From NCBI GenBank assembly GCA_963803435.1, contig CAWDML010000001.1, positions 1,728,001 to 1,792,000 on the forward strand: 64,000 nt of DNA, read 5' to 3'. The notes under the pieces are model-generated. The model was given only the letters and a program-made list of their open reading frames with translations. It had not been told where the DNA came from and did no database searches. The stretch's first letter is position 1, and each line of letters begins with the position of its first letter. The DNA comes from an uncultured delta proteobacterium. Its GTDB lineage: Bacteria; Myxococcota; Kuafuiibacteriia; Kuafuiibacteriales; Kuafuiibacteriaceae. Below are positions 27,651 through 41,572 of this stretch, in pieces. A program made the translations under genes and the position numbers.

Positions 27651-30600
27651 GATTCATTCTCCTCATCGAGTCAGGGTTGGACGGCAACAAGAGCAGATAG
27701 CAAGCCGGCACCACCACCAGCGTGAGCAGCGTCGACGCGATCAGCCCCGCGATCATCGCGGAGGCGAGCGGTGGCCAGAGCGGCGAGTCGGACAGGAGCA
27801 GCGGCACCATTCCCGCCACCGTCGTGGTGGTGGTGAGAAAGATAGGGCGTGTCCGCAGGAAGATCGCGCGGCGCATCGCCTCCACCGTCCCTCGGCCCTG
27901 GGCGACCAGATGATCGGCGACGTCGATCAGCACGATCGCGTTGTTCACCACGACGCCGACCAGCGCGATCACGCCGAGCAGCGACATGAAACCGAACGGC
28001 TGGCCCGCGAGCAGCAGGCCCGGGACGACGCCGGCCGCCGCGAGCGGGACCGTGGTCATGATGATGCCCAGGCGCCGGAACGAGTTGAACTCGATCAAGA
28101 TGAACAACAGCAGCAAGACCGCGCCCAGCGGCGCCGCGACCACGATCGCGCGGTTCGCGTCGCCCGAGCCCTCGCTGTTGCCGCCGAGCTCCCAGCGCAC
28201 GCCGGCGGGGAGGTCGGTGGTGCCCAGCGCGGGGATCAGGCGATCGAGCACGCGGCTGTAGGGCACGCCGCTCGCCAGCTGGGCCGCCACGGTGACCACG
28301 CGGCGTCGATCGCGTCGATGGATCACGGCCGGCCGCCAGCGCGCCGAGACCGCGGCGACCTGGCCGACGGGCAGGAGGGAGCCCCGCTCGGTGGTGACGT
28401 AGATGCCGTCGAGACGGTCGGGCGACATCGACTCACCGGCGCCGTCGCGGAGGACGATGGGCACCGGATCGTCCCCGGAGCGCAGCTGTCCGGCGGGCGT
28501 GCCGCGGGTCTGCCGGAGCACCGCGGCAGAGACCAGCGCGCGCGAGGTTCCTCGGCGGCCCGCGGCCGCATCGTCGACCGCGAAGGCGATCGTTGGCGCG
28601 CCGATCCCCAGGTCGTGTCGCACGTGCGCAGCGCCGGGGATCGCCCGGAGCGTGGCCATGACGCGCTCGGCCGCCTCGTAAAGGTCGGGGAGACGGTCGC
28701 CGTACAAGCGCACCTCCACCGGCGACTCGAGCGGCGGGCCCTGCTCCAGGCGCCGCGGGATCACCTCGACCTCCGGGAGCTCGGCGCGCGCGATCTCCTC
28801 GATCCGATCCATGAGAGCATCGACGTCCTCGGGGGAGCGCGTGCGCACCATCAGCTGCGCGAAGTGCGGGCTCTTGGGCCGGTTCGGAAGGTTGTAATAG
28901 AACCTGGGCGTCGAGCGTCCGACGAACGCGGCCACGTGCAGCACCGAGGGCTCGCGAGCGAGCCGCGTCTCCAGCACGCGTGCGCTCTGATCGATCGCGT
29001 CGAGGTGGCTCCCCTCCGGGAGGAGCATCTCGACCACCAGCTGATCGCGCCCCGAGTCGGGGAAGAAGCTCCGGTCCACGAAGAGTGCCCCTGCGCCTGC
29101 GAGCGCCACCGCCACCCCGGCGGCGAAGAGCACCGTCTTCGGACGGCGGCTGCTCACCAGCGATGCCCACGCAGAGAAGCGCGCGATCCGCCGGCTGCGG
29201 CCCCTCGCGCGCGGCCGGAGGAACGTCGCCGCCAGCACAGGCGTCACCACCACCGCGAACACGTAGCTGACCACCAGCGTCAGCATCACGACGATCGGGA
29301 TCGCGCGCGTGAACTCGCCGGTGCTCCCAGACGACATCGCCATCGGGACGAAGGCGGCGACGGTGGTGCCGGTGGCGGTGAGAAGCGGGAACGCGAGCTC
29401 ACGAACCGCGGCGGACGCAGGGTTCGAGATCCCACGGTCCAACCCCTGCTGCACGCTCTCCGCGACCACGATGGCGTTGTCGACCAGCATGCCGAGCGCG
29501 AGCACCATCGCCGCAACCGACAGCTGATGCAGCACGCCACCGCCGAGCGCATAGAGCCCGAGCGACGCCAGCGAGACCAACGGCACCACCGCGGCCACCA
29601 CGGCGCCCAGACGGAGACCCATGAACACGATCAACACCAGCGCGACGATCGCAGCGCCCGAGATCAATGAGGCCCCGAGACCGGAGAGACGGGCCTCCAC
29701 ATAGTCCGGCTGGAAGCTCATCTCGTCGATCACCAGCGGCGCCACTGCGGATCGGACAGAGGTGAGCTCGCGTCGGATCGAGCGGCCGAGTTCGACCACG
29801 TCGATGTTCGCCTTCGGGACCACCGACACGCCCACGCCCGGGGCGCCGTCCCAACGCATCCGCGACTCGGCGGGCTCGGTCGGGCCATAGCGAACGGTCG
29901 CCAGCGATCGCAGCGGGACCGCAGAGCCAGAGGGCAGCACGACCGGCGTGTCCGCGAGATCGTCGAGCGACTGGAACTCCGAGGTCGGCTCGAGGAGGAG
30001 CGCACGATCGCCGAGATGGACCGCACCACCTGGAATCGAGCGGTTGCGCGCCTCCAGCTGCCGCGCCAGCGCCTCCGCGGAGATCCCGAGACGCACCGCC
30101 ACGCGATCGTCCCACTCGATCGTGATCTGCTCACCGGGGTCCGGCTCCAGCTCGACCTTCGACACGCCCGGGACCGCGAGCAACCTGCGGCGCACCTCGC
30201 GGGCCGCGCGCCGCAGCAGAGAGAGGTCCGGACTCCCGGTGATCGCCAGGACCACGGCGTCCTGATCCGAGACCACGTGCGTGTCGAGCTGCGGAGAGAG
30301 CACGCCCTCTGGCAGGTCCGCCTGGGCCTCCACCAGCGCGCGCCGCACCTCGTCCCACGCCGAGTCGACGTCGTCGACGTCGTCCTCGAGCTGGATCTGG
30401 GTCACCGCGACGCCGGCCCGCGCGGTCGCCACCACTCGGTGGATCTCGGCGACCTCGGCGAGCTGGTCCTCGATGGGCTCGACCACCAGCCGCTCGATCG
30501 TCTCCGGATCCGCCCCCGGAAACGGAACGATCAGTAGACCGAAGCGGTCGTGGAGCCGCGGATCCTCCTCGCGTGGCATCGTGAACCAGGAGGCGAGACC

Positions 30601-30672
30601 GGCGGCGGAGAGCGCGAGCGCGACCGTGAGCGCGACACGCTTGCGATCGAGGAGGAGCGCGACCGCGTTCAT
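27643..30672 (-). CDS. RND efflux permease (AcrB/AcrD/AcrF family)
   Basis: 1009 aa; MPREEDP, ALGMLVDNAIVVAE, GVVVNNAIVLID, RTRPIFLTT. Confidence 0.95.
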   Translation of the reverse strand: MNAVALLLDRKRVALTVALALSAAGLASWFTMPREEDPRLHDRFGLLIVPFPGADPETIERLVVEPIEDQLAEVAEIHRVVATARAGVAVTQIQLEDDVDDVDSAWDEVRRALVEAQADLPEGVLSPQLDTHVVSDQDAVVLAITGSPDLSLLRRAAREVRRRLLAVPGVSKVELEPDPGEQITIEWDDRVAVRLGISAEALARQLEARNRSIPGGAVHLGDRALLLEPTSEFQSLDDLADTPVVLPSGSAVPLRSLATVRYGPTEPAESRMRWDGAPGVGVSVVPKANIDVVELGRSIRRELTSVRSAVAPLVIDEMSFQPDYVEARLSGLGASLISGAAIVALVLIVFMGLRLGAVVAAVVPLVSLASLGLYALGGGVLHQLSVAAMVLALGMLVDNAIVVAESVQQGLDRGISNPASAAVRELAFPLLTATGTTVAAFVPMAMSSGSTGEFTRAIPIVVMLTLVVSYVFAVVVTPVLAATFLRPRARGRSRRIARFSAWASLVSSRRPKTVLFAAGVAVALAGAGALFVDRSFFPDSGRDQLVVEMLLPEGSHLDAIDQSARVLETRLAREPSVLHVAAFVGRSTPRFYYNLPNRPKSPHFAQLMVRTRSPEDVDALMDRIEEIARAELPEVEVIPRRLEQGPPLESPVEVRLYGDRLPDLYEAAERVMATLRAIPGAAHVRHDLGIGAPTIAFAVDDAAAGRRGTSRALVSAAVLRQTRGTPAGQLRSGDDPVPIVLRDGAGESMSPDRLDGIYVTTERGSLLPVGQVAAVSARWRPAVIHRRDRRRVVTVAAQLASGVPYSRVLDRLIPALGTTDLPAGVRWELGGNSEGSGDANRAIVVAAPLGAVLLLLFILIEFNSFRRLGIIMTTVPLAAAGVVPGLLLAGQPFGFMSLLGVIALVGVVVNNAIVLIDVADHLVAQGRGTVEAMRRAIFLRTRPIFLTTTTTVAGMVPLLLSDSPLWPPLASAMIAGLIASTLLTLVVVPACYLLLLPSNPDSMRRMNHV

Positions 30673-31739
30673 CGGCGTACCTCCACCCGATCACCGTCGG
30701 CCAGATTGGCGTGTCCGCCGACGACGACCAGATCGCCCTCGGCAAGATCGCCCTTCACTGCGATCTCGGCGCCGAAGATCTCTCCGGCCTCGACGGTTCG
30801 ACGCTTCGCAACGCTCTCCTTCACCACGAACACGAACGGCTCGGCCCCCGCGCCGGCCACCGCGCCGATCGGAACTGCGGTGACCGGATCCTCGCGGCTC
30901 TGAAAGCGCACCTCGGCGGTGGAGCCCGGCACGATCCTGGCGGCGGGATCGAGCAAGAGGCGCACCGGGAACAGACGCCCCGTGCCGGCGGCTCCGGCGC
31001 CGATCGCCTCGATGCGTGCGGCGTAGCGCTCCCCCGAGCCGGCCAGCGGAAAGCGGACCTCGACCGGAGTCTCCACCTCGAGGCGAGCGCGGACCGACTC
31101 GGGCACCTCGACGCGGATCTCCAGCGCTCCGTCGCCCGCGATCGCGACCACTGGCTGACCCGGCTGCGCGTACTCACCCGACTGCCGGAACAGCTCGGTG
31201 ACCACGCCGTCGAACGGAGCCACCAGCCGTGCCTCCTTGAGCAGGCGCTCGACCTCGCGCCGCTCTGCGACTGCGGCCCTTCGCCGCGCGGTCGCGATCT
31301 CGATCGCGGAGCCGATCTTCTCCACTTGCTGCTTCGTCGCGGCGTTGCCCTGGGCGAGCCGCTCGAGACGCGCGCCGTCGCGCTGGAGCTGCGCGAGCTC
31401 CCGGTCGAGTGCCAGCAGCCCGGCCTCGGCCTGCTCGAGACGAAGCCCGAGCTCTTCGGTCGAGAGGCGCGCCAGCAGCGCGCCGGCGCGGACGCGATCA
31501 CCGACCCCGACCGGACGCGACTCGATCCGGCCCGGGATCGTGAAGGCGAGGACCGCTCGATCCTTCGCCTCGGTCTCTCCGAAGAACAGGAGCGTGCGCT
31601 CGCGGCGGGTCTCGACCGCGGCCACTCGAACTGCCCGCGGTCGCGGCGCCGGAGCGGCCGGCGCCCGGCTGCAGGCCGCAGTGGCGAGCGTGAGCCCGAA
31701 CACATTGATATAACTCACGATTCCAGCCGAACTAAACAT
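30669..31739 (-). CDS. RND efflux periplasmic adaptor (MFP subunit)
   Basis: Lipoyl half-motifs (PGRIESRPVGVGDRVRAGALLARL; LVAPFDGVV), helical hairpin, lipobox-like AAC. Start uncertain. Confidence 0.9.
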   Translation of the reverse strand: MFSSAGIVSYINVFGLTLATAACSRAPAAPAPRPRAVRVAAVETRRERTLLFFGETEAKDRAVLAFTIPGRIESRPVGVGDRVRAGALLARLSTEELGLRLEQAEAGLLALDRELAQLQRDGARLERLAQGNAATKQQVEKIGSAIEIATARRRAAVAERREVERLLKEARLVAPFDGVVTELFRQSGEYAQPGQPVVAIAGDGALEIRVEVPESVRARLEVETPVEVRFPLAGSGERYAARIEAIGAGAAGTGRLFPVRLLLDPAARIVPGSTAEVRFQSREDPVTAVPIGAVAGAGAEPFVFVVKESVAKRRTVEAGEIFGAEIAVKGDLAEGDLVVVGGHANLADGDRVEVRR

Positions 31740-31782
31740 CGTTCAGATGAACATGTACGGCGAATCTAAGCGATGTCAAGAT
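31730..31782. promoter_or_regulatory. Two candidate TetR operators between the divergent MFP and tetR genes
   Basis: 19-bp imperfect palindromes AACTAAACATCGTTCAGAT (31730-31748) and ATCTAAGCGATGTCAAGAT (31764-31782). Confidence 0.65.
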
Positions 31783-31793
31783 GTGTCCGTCGA

Positions 31794-32411
31794 ATGAACA
31801 CGCCCAAACCGCCGGGCCGATATCACCACGGCGATCTGAGGCACGCGCTGGTCGAGGCCGCACTCGACGTGATCGCCGAGGAGGGTGTGGACGCCATCTC
31901 ACTGCGGCAGCTCGCCAGGAAGATCGGCGTCACCACCGCCGCGCCCTATCACCACTTCAAGGACAAGGAGGCGGTGCTGGCCGCGGTGGCCGCGGAGGGC
32001 TTCCGGGCGCTCAACGACGAGGTCGATCGATCCACGGGCGACCTCACCGAGCCGGCGGCCCGCTTTCGCGCGATGGGCGCGGGCTACATCCGCTTCGCCG
32101 TTTCACACCCGTCCCACTACCAGGCGATGTTCCGTCCCGAGCTCCGCGCGCCCGAGCTCTATCCGGAGCTCGATCGGGTCGCGAACCTGGCGTTCGATCG
32201 CTTGCTCCAGGCGATCGGAGCCGTGCGGCCGGAGCTCGGTCCGGAGCAGGTGGGCGCGCTGGCGATCCTCTCCTGGAGCACGGTCCACGGCTTCTCGATG
32301 CTCTGGAGCGGCGGAGCCATCACCTTCAAGGTCGGCCTCGATCGACCCGAGCCCCTGATCGATCTGGTCACGGACCACTGCGTCCGGTTGGTCGCCAGCG
32401 CAGAGCTCTGA
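31794..32411 (+). CDS. TetR/AcrR family regulator with WHG-type C-terminal domain
   Basis: YHHGDLRHALV..ISLRQLARKIGVTTAAPYHHFKDK; WSTVHG. Confidence 0.95.
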   Translation: MNTPKPPGRYHHGDLRHALVEAALDVIAEEGVDAISLRQLARKIGVTTAAPYHHFKDKEAVLAAVAAEGFRALNDEVDRSTGDLTEPAARFRAMGAGYIRFAVSHPSHYQAMFRPELRAPELYPELDRVANLAFDRLLQAIGAVRPELGPEQVGALAILSWSTVHGFSMLWSGGAITFKVGLDRPEPLIDLVTDHCVRLVASAEL

Positions 32412-32466
32412 CCCGACGGCGATTGAGGATGACTCGATCCCGGATCGTTGGCTAACGTGCACGCTG

Positions 32467-33630
32467 GTGATCTCGAAGAAGCTCGCTCCGTTCGGCACGA
32501 CCATCTTCAGTGAGATGACACGGCTCGCCCTCGAGCACGGGGCGATCAATCTGTCGCAAGGCTTTCCGGACTTTGAAGGTCCGCCCGAGATCGTGGAGGC
32601 GGCGATCGAGGCGCTGCGCGCGGGCCACAATCAGTACGCTCGCTCGATGGGTGCGCCGCCGCTGGTGGCGGCGATCGCGGGGCATCAGAAGACGTTCTAC
32701 GACCTCACCTACGATCCGATGTCCGAGGTCGTCGTGTTCTCCGGCGCCACCGAGGGCCTGATGTCCGCGATGCTCGGGATCCTCGATCCCGGCGACGAGG
32801 TCGTGCTGTTCGAGCCCTTCTACGACAGCTATCCGGCCTGCGTGGCGATGGCCGGCGCCGTCCCGCGGTACGTCACGCTGCGCTTCCCCGACTTCGCCCT
32901 CGATCCAGACGAGCTGGAGGCGGCGTTCTCCGAGCGGACCAAGCTGGTCGTGCTCAACACGCCGCAGAACCCCACCGGCAAGGTCTTCGAGCGCGACGAG
33001 CTGGAGCTGATCGCGTCGCTCGCTCGCCGCCACGGAGCCTACGTCCTCACCGACGAGGTCTACGAGCACCTGACGTACGACGGCGTCGAGCACGTGCCGA
33101 TGGCGACGCTCCCGGGCATGCGGGAGCGGACGCTCACCATCTCCAGCACCGGCAAGGCGTACTCGTTCACCGGGTGGAAGGTGGGCTGGGCGACCGGGCC
33201 CGCGCCGCTGGTCAAGGCGGCACAGGCGGCGCACCAGTTCGTCACGTTCGCCACCGCCACCCCGCTGCAGTACGCGGTGGCGGCGGCGCTCGAAGGCCAC
33301 GGACGCGCGTTCTTCGCGGCGCAGGCGGCGGCGTTCACCGGGCGGCGCGATCTCCTCCTCGATACGCTCCGCTCGGCCGGCCTTGCCGCCGCCGTTCCCA
33401 AGGGAGCGTACTTCGTGCTGGCGGAGTTCGGGCCCGTCTTCGAGGGGAGCGACCTGGAGTTCGCGCGCCACCTGGTGAGCGAGGTCGGCGTGGCGGCGAT
33501 CCCGCCGAGCTGCTTCTATGCCCGGGCCCCCGAGGAGGGGCGTCGACTGATTCGCTTCGCCTTCTGCAAGCGGCTCGAGACCCTCGAGGCGGCACGGACG
33601 CGGCTCGCCCGGCTGCAGCCCCGTTCGTAG
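32467..33630 (+). CDS. PLP-dependent class I/II aminotransferase (YbdL/kynurenine-aminotransferase-like)
   Basis: TTIFSEM, AINLSQGFPDF, NTPQNPTGK, DEVYEH, SSTGKAYSFTGWKVGW, RFAFCK. Confidence 0.92.
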   Translation: MISKKLAPFGTTIFSEMTRLALEHGAINLSQGFPDFEGPPEIVEAAIEALRAGHNQYARSMGAPPLVAAIAGHQKTFYDLTYDPMSEVVVFSGATEGLMSAMLGILDPGDEVVLFEPFYDSYPACVAMAGAVPRYVTLRFPDFALDPDELEAAFSERTKLVVLNTPQNPTGKVFERDELELIASLARRHGAYVLTDEVYEHLTYDGVEHVPMATLPGMRERTLTISSTGKAYSFTGWKVGWATGPAPLVKAAQAAHQFVTFATATPLQYAVAAALEGHGRAFFAAQAAAFTGRRDLLLDTLRSAGLAAAVPKGAYFVLAEFGPVFEGSDLEFARHLVSEVGVAAIPPSCFYARAPEEGRRLIRFAFCKRLETLEAARTRLARLQPRS

Positions 33631-33757
33631 CCCCGCACGCTACAGCGTCTGGTTTTTTCGTCGGTTTGTCGGATCGATCCGTCGTGTTTTCTGAGGGTGT
33701 ATTCGAGATCCGCGGGCAGCGCTGCATGGATCGGGGATTGCTCGCATTACCGGCGCC

Positions 33758-33982
33758 ATGGCCCGCAATCCGGACGATCTGACCGCTACCAAGATCCGCG
33801 ATCGTCCCATCGACGACCAGGACACCGTCGTCGAGGACGCGCCCGACACGCTCGATGAGGAGTCCCTGAGCGGGCCCTACCAGTACTACCAGAGCAGCCC
33901 GGACCAGGACGACGAGGAGACCCGCCGCATCGTCAAGTCTGCGGTCGCGCTGCTGTTGGGTCAGACGGAGCCGAAGAAGTAG
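33758..33982 (+). CDS. Small hypothetical protein
   Basis: 74-aa acidic ORF ending 9 nt before the oxoprolinase start. Confidence 0.5.
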   Translation: MARNPDDLTATKIRDRPIDDQDTVVEDAPDTLDEESLSGPYQYYQSSPDQDDEETRRIVKSAVALLLGQTEPKK

Positions 33983-33991
33983 CCTGGCGGG

Positions 33992-37515
<3,524 letters not shown>

Positions 37516-37534
<19 letters not shown>

Positions 37535-37758
37535 TCCGTGGTCCGTGATCCGTGATCCGTGATCCGTGGTCCGTGGTCCGTGACCGTGACCGTGACCGTG
37601 ACCGTGACCGCCGTAGGAGCGGAGGCCCGATCGTGTCCAGCGGATCGCACCTGCAGCGGTCACCGTCACCGTCACCGTCACCGTCACGGACCACGGATCA
37701 CGGATCACGGATCACGGATCACGGATCACGGATCACGGATCACGGATCACGGATCACG
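37516..37758. repeat. Large inverted repeat built from 7-mer and 6-mer microsatellites
   Basis: Left arm (CGTRRTC)x9 + (CGTGAC)x5; short spacer; right arm (GTCACC/G)x5 + GACCACG + (GATCACG)x9; lies between convergent genes. Confidence 0.95.
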
Positions 37759-37787
37759 AAAAAACACGACCCCACCGACCACGCCCC

Positions 37788-39302
37788 TCAATCGCTCAGC
37801 CCAAAAAACCCGCGGATCTTATCCAGGAGGTCCTTCGTCTGGTCCGGGTCCGGCGCCCTCTCCAGAGACTCCATCGCGTTCGCCAGCTCGACCTTCCTCC
37901 GCGTGAGGATCTCGGCGATCTCCTCGGCGACGGCGGGCCGCTCCTTGAGGATCTCCGCGAAACCGTGGCTGTCGAGACGGAAGCACTCGACGTCGGTCTC
38001 CGCGATCACGGTGGCTGAGCGCGGGGCGCCCGTCATCAGGCCCATCTCGCCGAAGAAGTCGAGCGGGCCCAGGCGGCTGATCATCTTGGAGCGCCCGTCC
38101 GGCATCGCCACGTGGACCGAGGCCTCGCCCTCGAGGATCACGTAGAGCCAGTGGGCCTGGGCACCCTGATGCGTCATCGTCTCGCCCTTCGCGAACGGGG
38201 CGAGGCGGCTGTGGCGGGCCAGGTGCAACAGCTCCTCGGGGGAGAGGTGGGCGAACAGCGGGACGCTCGCCAGCATGCGCGTCACGTTCGCCTCGTCCTC
38301 GATGGACTTGCGCTCCTTCCGGCGGGTGGACTCCTTGGTCATGAAGATGGCGTGCGCCGGCATCGAGAGCGGGATGGCGACCCGCTTGAGCGCGAGGTAG
38401 ATGCGCTGGCGGACCACGCTGTCGGTGGGATCGTCGTGGGCGAGGTCGGTGAGCCAGTACCGGATCGCGTAGCGGCAGTAGCTCTCCGAGAGATCCATCA
38501 GCACGCAGTTCGGTTTGGGCTTTAGCGCGACCCCCTGGATGGGTGCCGCGCAGAGCGACTCGACCACGGCCTCGATGACGTCCGACGGCTGGAAGCGGAA
38601 GTCCACGTTGAACCAGATCCAGCGGCGGAGCTGGGTGGGCTCCCCGGAGCGCTTCCCGAGGACCAGCACCTGCTGCTTGGTCAGCACCGAGTTGGGGATC
38701 ACGAGCGTCTCCCAGTTGCGCGTCTCGATGGAGACGTACCGCCAGCGGAGGCTGGTGACCTTCCCCGTGAAGTCGCCGACCTTGATCCAGTCCCCGGTCT
38801 GGATCGAGTCGTCGAGCTGGAGCGCCAGGCCCGAGAAGAGGTTCCCGAGCGTGTCCTGCAGCGCGAAGCCCACCACCGCTGTGAGCACGGCGGAGGTCGC
38901 GATCAGGCTGGAGAGATCGACGTTGTACGAGGAGGCCACCGCGACGGTGACCAGCAACGCCGCCAGGCCGTTGACCAGATCCTGGAGGATCCGCGGCGGG
39001 CTCACGTGCAGCTTGGGGAGAAGGATCGAGAACAGGAGGCCGCCGGCCATGAGGACGGCCGCCACCCCGGCGCTGATCGAAGCCAGCAACGAGAACACGC
39101 CCTGAGCCACGCTGCCGGTGTCGACCAGCAGCGCGGAGACCAGCAGCGCCAGATGCGTGACGACGACGCCCACGAGCAGGAGGCGCCGGCGGCGATCCTG
39201 GGGCGCGAACGCGCGAAGCAGCGGCAGCATCGCGACCAGGGCGATCACCAGGAACAGCGTGAAGGACCGCTGCCCGAGGGAATGGACGTCGAGCCAGCTC
39301 AT
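37788..39302 (-). CDS. MscS-family mechanosensitive channel with C-terminal cNMP-binding domain
   Basis: TSAVLTAVVGFALQDTLGNLFSGL, GDWI, IPNS; GPLDFFGEMGLMTGAPRSATV. Confidence 0.93.
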   Translation of the reverse strand: MSWLDVHSLGQRSFTLFLVIALVAMLPLLRAFAPQDRRRRLLLVGVVVTHLALLVSALLVDTGSVAQGVFSLLASISAGVAAVLMAGGLLFSILLPKLHVSPPRILQDLVNGLAALLVTVAVASSYNVDLSSLIATSAVLTAVVGFALQDTLGNLFSGLALQLDDSIQTGDWIKVGDFTGKVTSLRWRYVSIETRNWETLVIPNSVLTKQQVLVLGKRSGEPTQLRRWIWFNVDFRFQPSDVIEAVVESLCAAPIQGVALKPKPNCVLMDLSESYCRYAIRYWLTDLAHDDPTDSVVRQRIYLALKRVAIPLSMPAHAIFMTKESTRRKERKSIEDEANVTRMLASVPLFAHLSPEELLHLARHSRLAPFAKGETMTHQGAQAHWLYVILEGEASVHVAMPDGRSKMISRLGPLDFFGEMGLMTGAPRSATVIAETDVECFRLDSHGFAEILKERPAVAEEIAEILTRRKVELANAMESLERAPDPDQTKDLLDKIRGFFGLSD

Positions 39303-39487
39303 GCGCCGCTCGGTATCTTGCCCGACCGCCGACGGCGGACAACGCCGCCGCGTCCTCCCATGTCGTCTCGGGTGCGCGGATGTCGCCTCGGAGCGCTCCG
39401 GGTGTCCTTCCGCCTGGACCGATGACCGGGTAGCCTCCGCGCCGTGCGTGTGAGGGAACCTTGACTGGTGTCCAGGCGCGAGGCGTA

Positions 39488-41572
39488 ATGGGGCGGTTGA
39501 GATTGATTCTCAGTTTCATCTTGATCGCCTCGGTGCCTGCGACGGCCGGCGCGGAGGAGGCGACGGTCTCGACCACCACCACCACGGCCGAGGTGTCCGT
39601 GGCCCCGGTCCCCGAGAAAGCCCCGCCGAAGGCCCAAAAGGACGACGTCGAGGAGCTGGTCATCACCGGCTCCCGCCTCAAGGAGCGGCTCGAGGACACC
39701 ACCGTCACGACCGAGCTGATCAACAACCGCGAGATCGACGAGTCGGGGGCCGAGAACCTGACCGAGCTCCTGGAGGAGCAGCCGGGCGTCGAGCTGGAGC
39801 GCTCCACCCGTGGGACGGGGGTCCGGCTGATGGGCCTCGATCCGGAGCACGTGCTGGTCCTGGTCGATGGCGAGCGGGTCACCGGTCGGATCGGCGGCGC
39901 GATCGATCCCACGCGCTTCACCCTCGAGAACGTCGAGCAGGTCGAGATCGTGAAGGGCGCCGGCTCCGCCATCTACGGCTCGGAGGCGATCGGCGGCGTC
40001 ATCAACATCATCACCAAGGCCCCCCGCAAGCCGCTGGAGGCCAGCGTCCGGGGCACGTACGGCATGTTCAACACGGTCGACGCCGTCGGCAGCGTTGGGG
40101 GGAAGCTCGGCCCGGTCAGCAGCCTCTTCACTGGCGGCTACCACCGCTCCGACGGCTTCACGCTCCAGTCGGAGGACGAGGACACCGTGAACCTCCAGAC
40201 GACCGGTCCGAAGTTCGACGGCTGGGACCTCTCGAACAACACCATCGTCACGTTCGGGCCGCTCTCCCACCTCCGCGCCCGCGCCGAGTATCGCTCGCTC
40301 ACACAGCACGCCAACGATCAGTTCGGGACCACCCGCGTCTCCGAGCGCTCGCAGACGCAGTCCTCGTGGACCGCCGCGTTGTCCCCGGAGATCGGCTTCG
40401 GCGACGCCGGCAACTTCAAGGGCACGCTCTCGCTCTCGCGCTTCATCTTCGACGACACGCAGCAGGCCGGCGGCACGGAGGACCATCTCTTCCAGATGAT
40501 CGGCCAGCTCTCGCTCCAGGTGGACGACGAGGTCCTGGAGAAGAACCTGGTCTCGCTCGGGTTCGAGGGCATCCTGGAGCAGCAGGGCGGTACCAACAGC
40601 TCGCGCGTCCCCGGCACGACCGATCAGACGCAGGTCGACGACTTCTTCACCGGCGGTACCAAGTATCGTGAGCGCGCCGCCATCTTCCTCCAGGACAACT
40701 GGACCCCGGTCGACGACGTCTTCTACATCTCGGTCGTCCCGAGCATCCGCGTCGACGTCGACTCGCAGTTCGGCTCGGTGGCCACGCCGCGGTTCGCGGT
40801 GCGCTACGACCCCATCCCGGAGCTCTCGGCCCGCCTGAGCTACGGGCTCGGCTTCCGCGCACCGACGTTCGAAGAGCTCTACCTCGACTTCATCAACCGC
40901 GGATCCAACTACCTGGTCGAGGGGAACAACGGGCTCGAGCCCGAGCGCTCCCAGGCCTTCAACCTCACCGCCACGGTCAAGCCGTGGGACTGGCTCACCG
41001 CGATCGGCACGTTCTATTACATCAACCTCGACAACCTGATCGACACGCAGAACGTGGGACGGGGCGCCGACGGGCTGACGCACTTTCGCTACCGGAACGT
41101 GGAGTCGGCGCGCTCGACCGGCGCGGAGGCCTCGGTCGATCTCTCGCCGATCCCGGAGCTCGGCTTCGGGCTCGGGTACGTCTTCAACGCCACCCGCGAC
41201 CGCGCGACCGATCTTCCGCTCGACGGCCGCGCGCGCCACAAGGGGACGGTCCGCATCACCTTCCACAGCGACGAATGGGGCCTCTCGGCGACGCTGCGCA
41301 GCCAGATCTACGGGCCGCGGATCTTCTTCCGCGACCTCGATGGCGATGGGGCGCTCGACCGCGTGACCACCAAGACGTACGCGACCATCGACTTCCGCGT
41401 CGAGAAGACCCTCTTCGACTGGTTCGGGCTGTTCGCCGGCTTCGAGAACCTCCTCGACAAGGGCGATCCGCTGTACACGCCGATCACCCCGCGCTCTTTC
41501 TACGGCGGGCTCTCGGCGCGGTTCCAGCTCGACGAAGCGCGCGAACCCAAGACTCCAGGAGGCTCAACTTGA
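39488..41572 (+). CDS. TonB-dependent outer-membrane receptor (probably heme/iron)
   Basis: TonB box EELVITGS, plug LVLVDG..VEIVKGAGSAIYGSEAIGGVINIIT, GFRAPTFEELY, GLEPERS, ENLLD. Confidence 0.93.
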   Translation: MGRLRLILSFILIASVPATAGAEEATVSTTTTTAEVSVAPVPEKAPPKAQKDDVEELVITGSRLKERLEDTTVTTELINNREIDESGAENLTELLEEQPGVELERSTRGTGVRLMGLDPEHVLVLVDGERVTGRIGGAIDPTRFTLENVEQVEIVKGAGSAIYGSEAIGGVINIITKAPRKPLEASVRGTYGMFNTVDAVGSVGGKLGPVSSLFTGGYHRSDGFTLQSEDEDTVNLQTTGPKFDGWDLSNNTIVTFGPLSHLRARAEYRSLTQHANDQFGTTRVSERSQTQSSWTAALSPEIGFGDAGNFKGTLSLSRFIFDDTQQAGGTEDHLFQMIGQLSLQVDDEVLEKNLVSLGFEGILEQQGGTNSSRVPGTTDQTQVDDFFTGGTKYRERAAIFLQDNWTPVDDVFYISVVPSIRVDVDSQFGSVATPRFAVRYDPIPELSARLSYGLGFRAPTFEELYLDFINRGSNYLVEGNNGLEPERSQAFNLTATVKPWDWLTAIGTFYYINLDNLIDTQNVGRGADGLTHFRYRNVESARSTGAEASVDLSPIPELGFGLGYVFNATRDRATDLPLDGRARHKGTVRITFHSDEWGLSATLRSQIYGPRIFFRDLDGDGALDRVTTKTYATIDFRVEKTLFDWFGLFAGFENLLDKGDPLYTPITPRSFYGGLSARFQLDEAREPKTPGGST

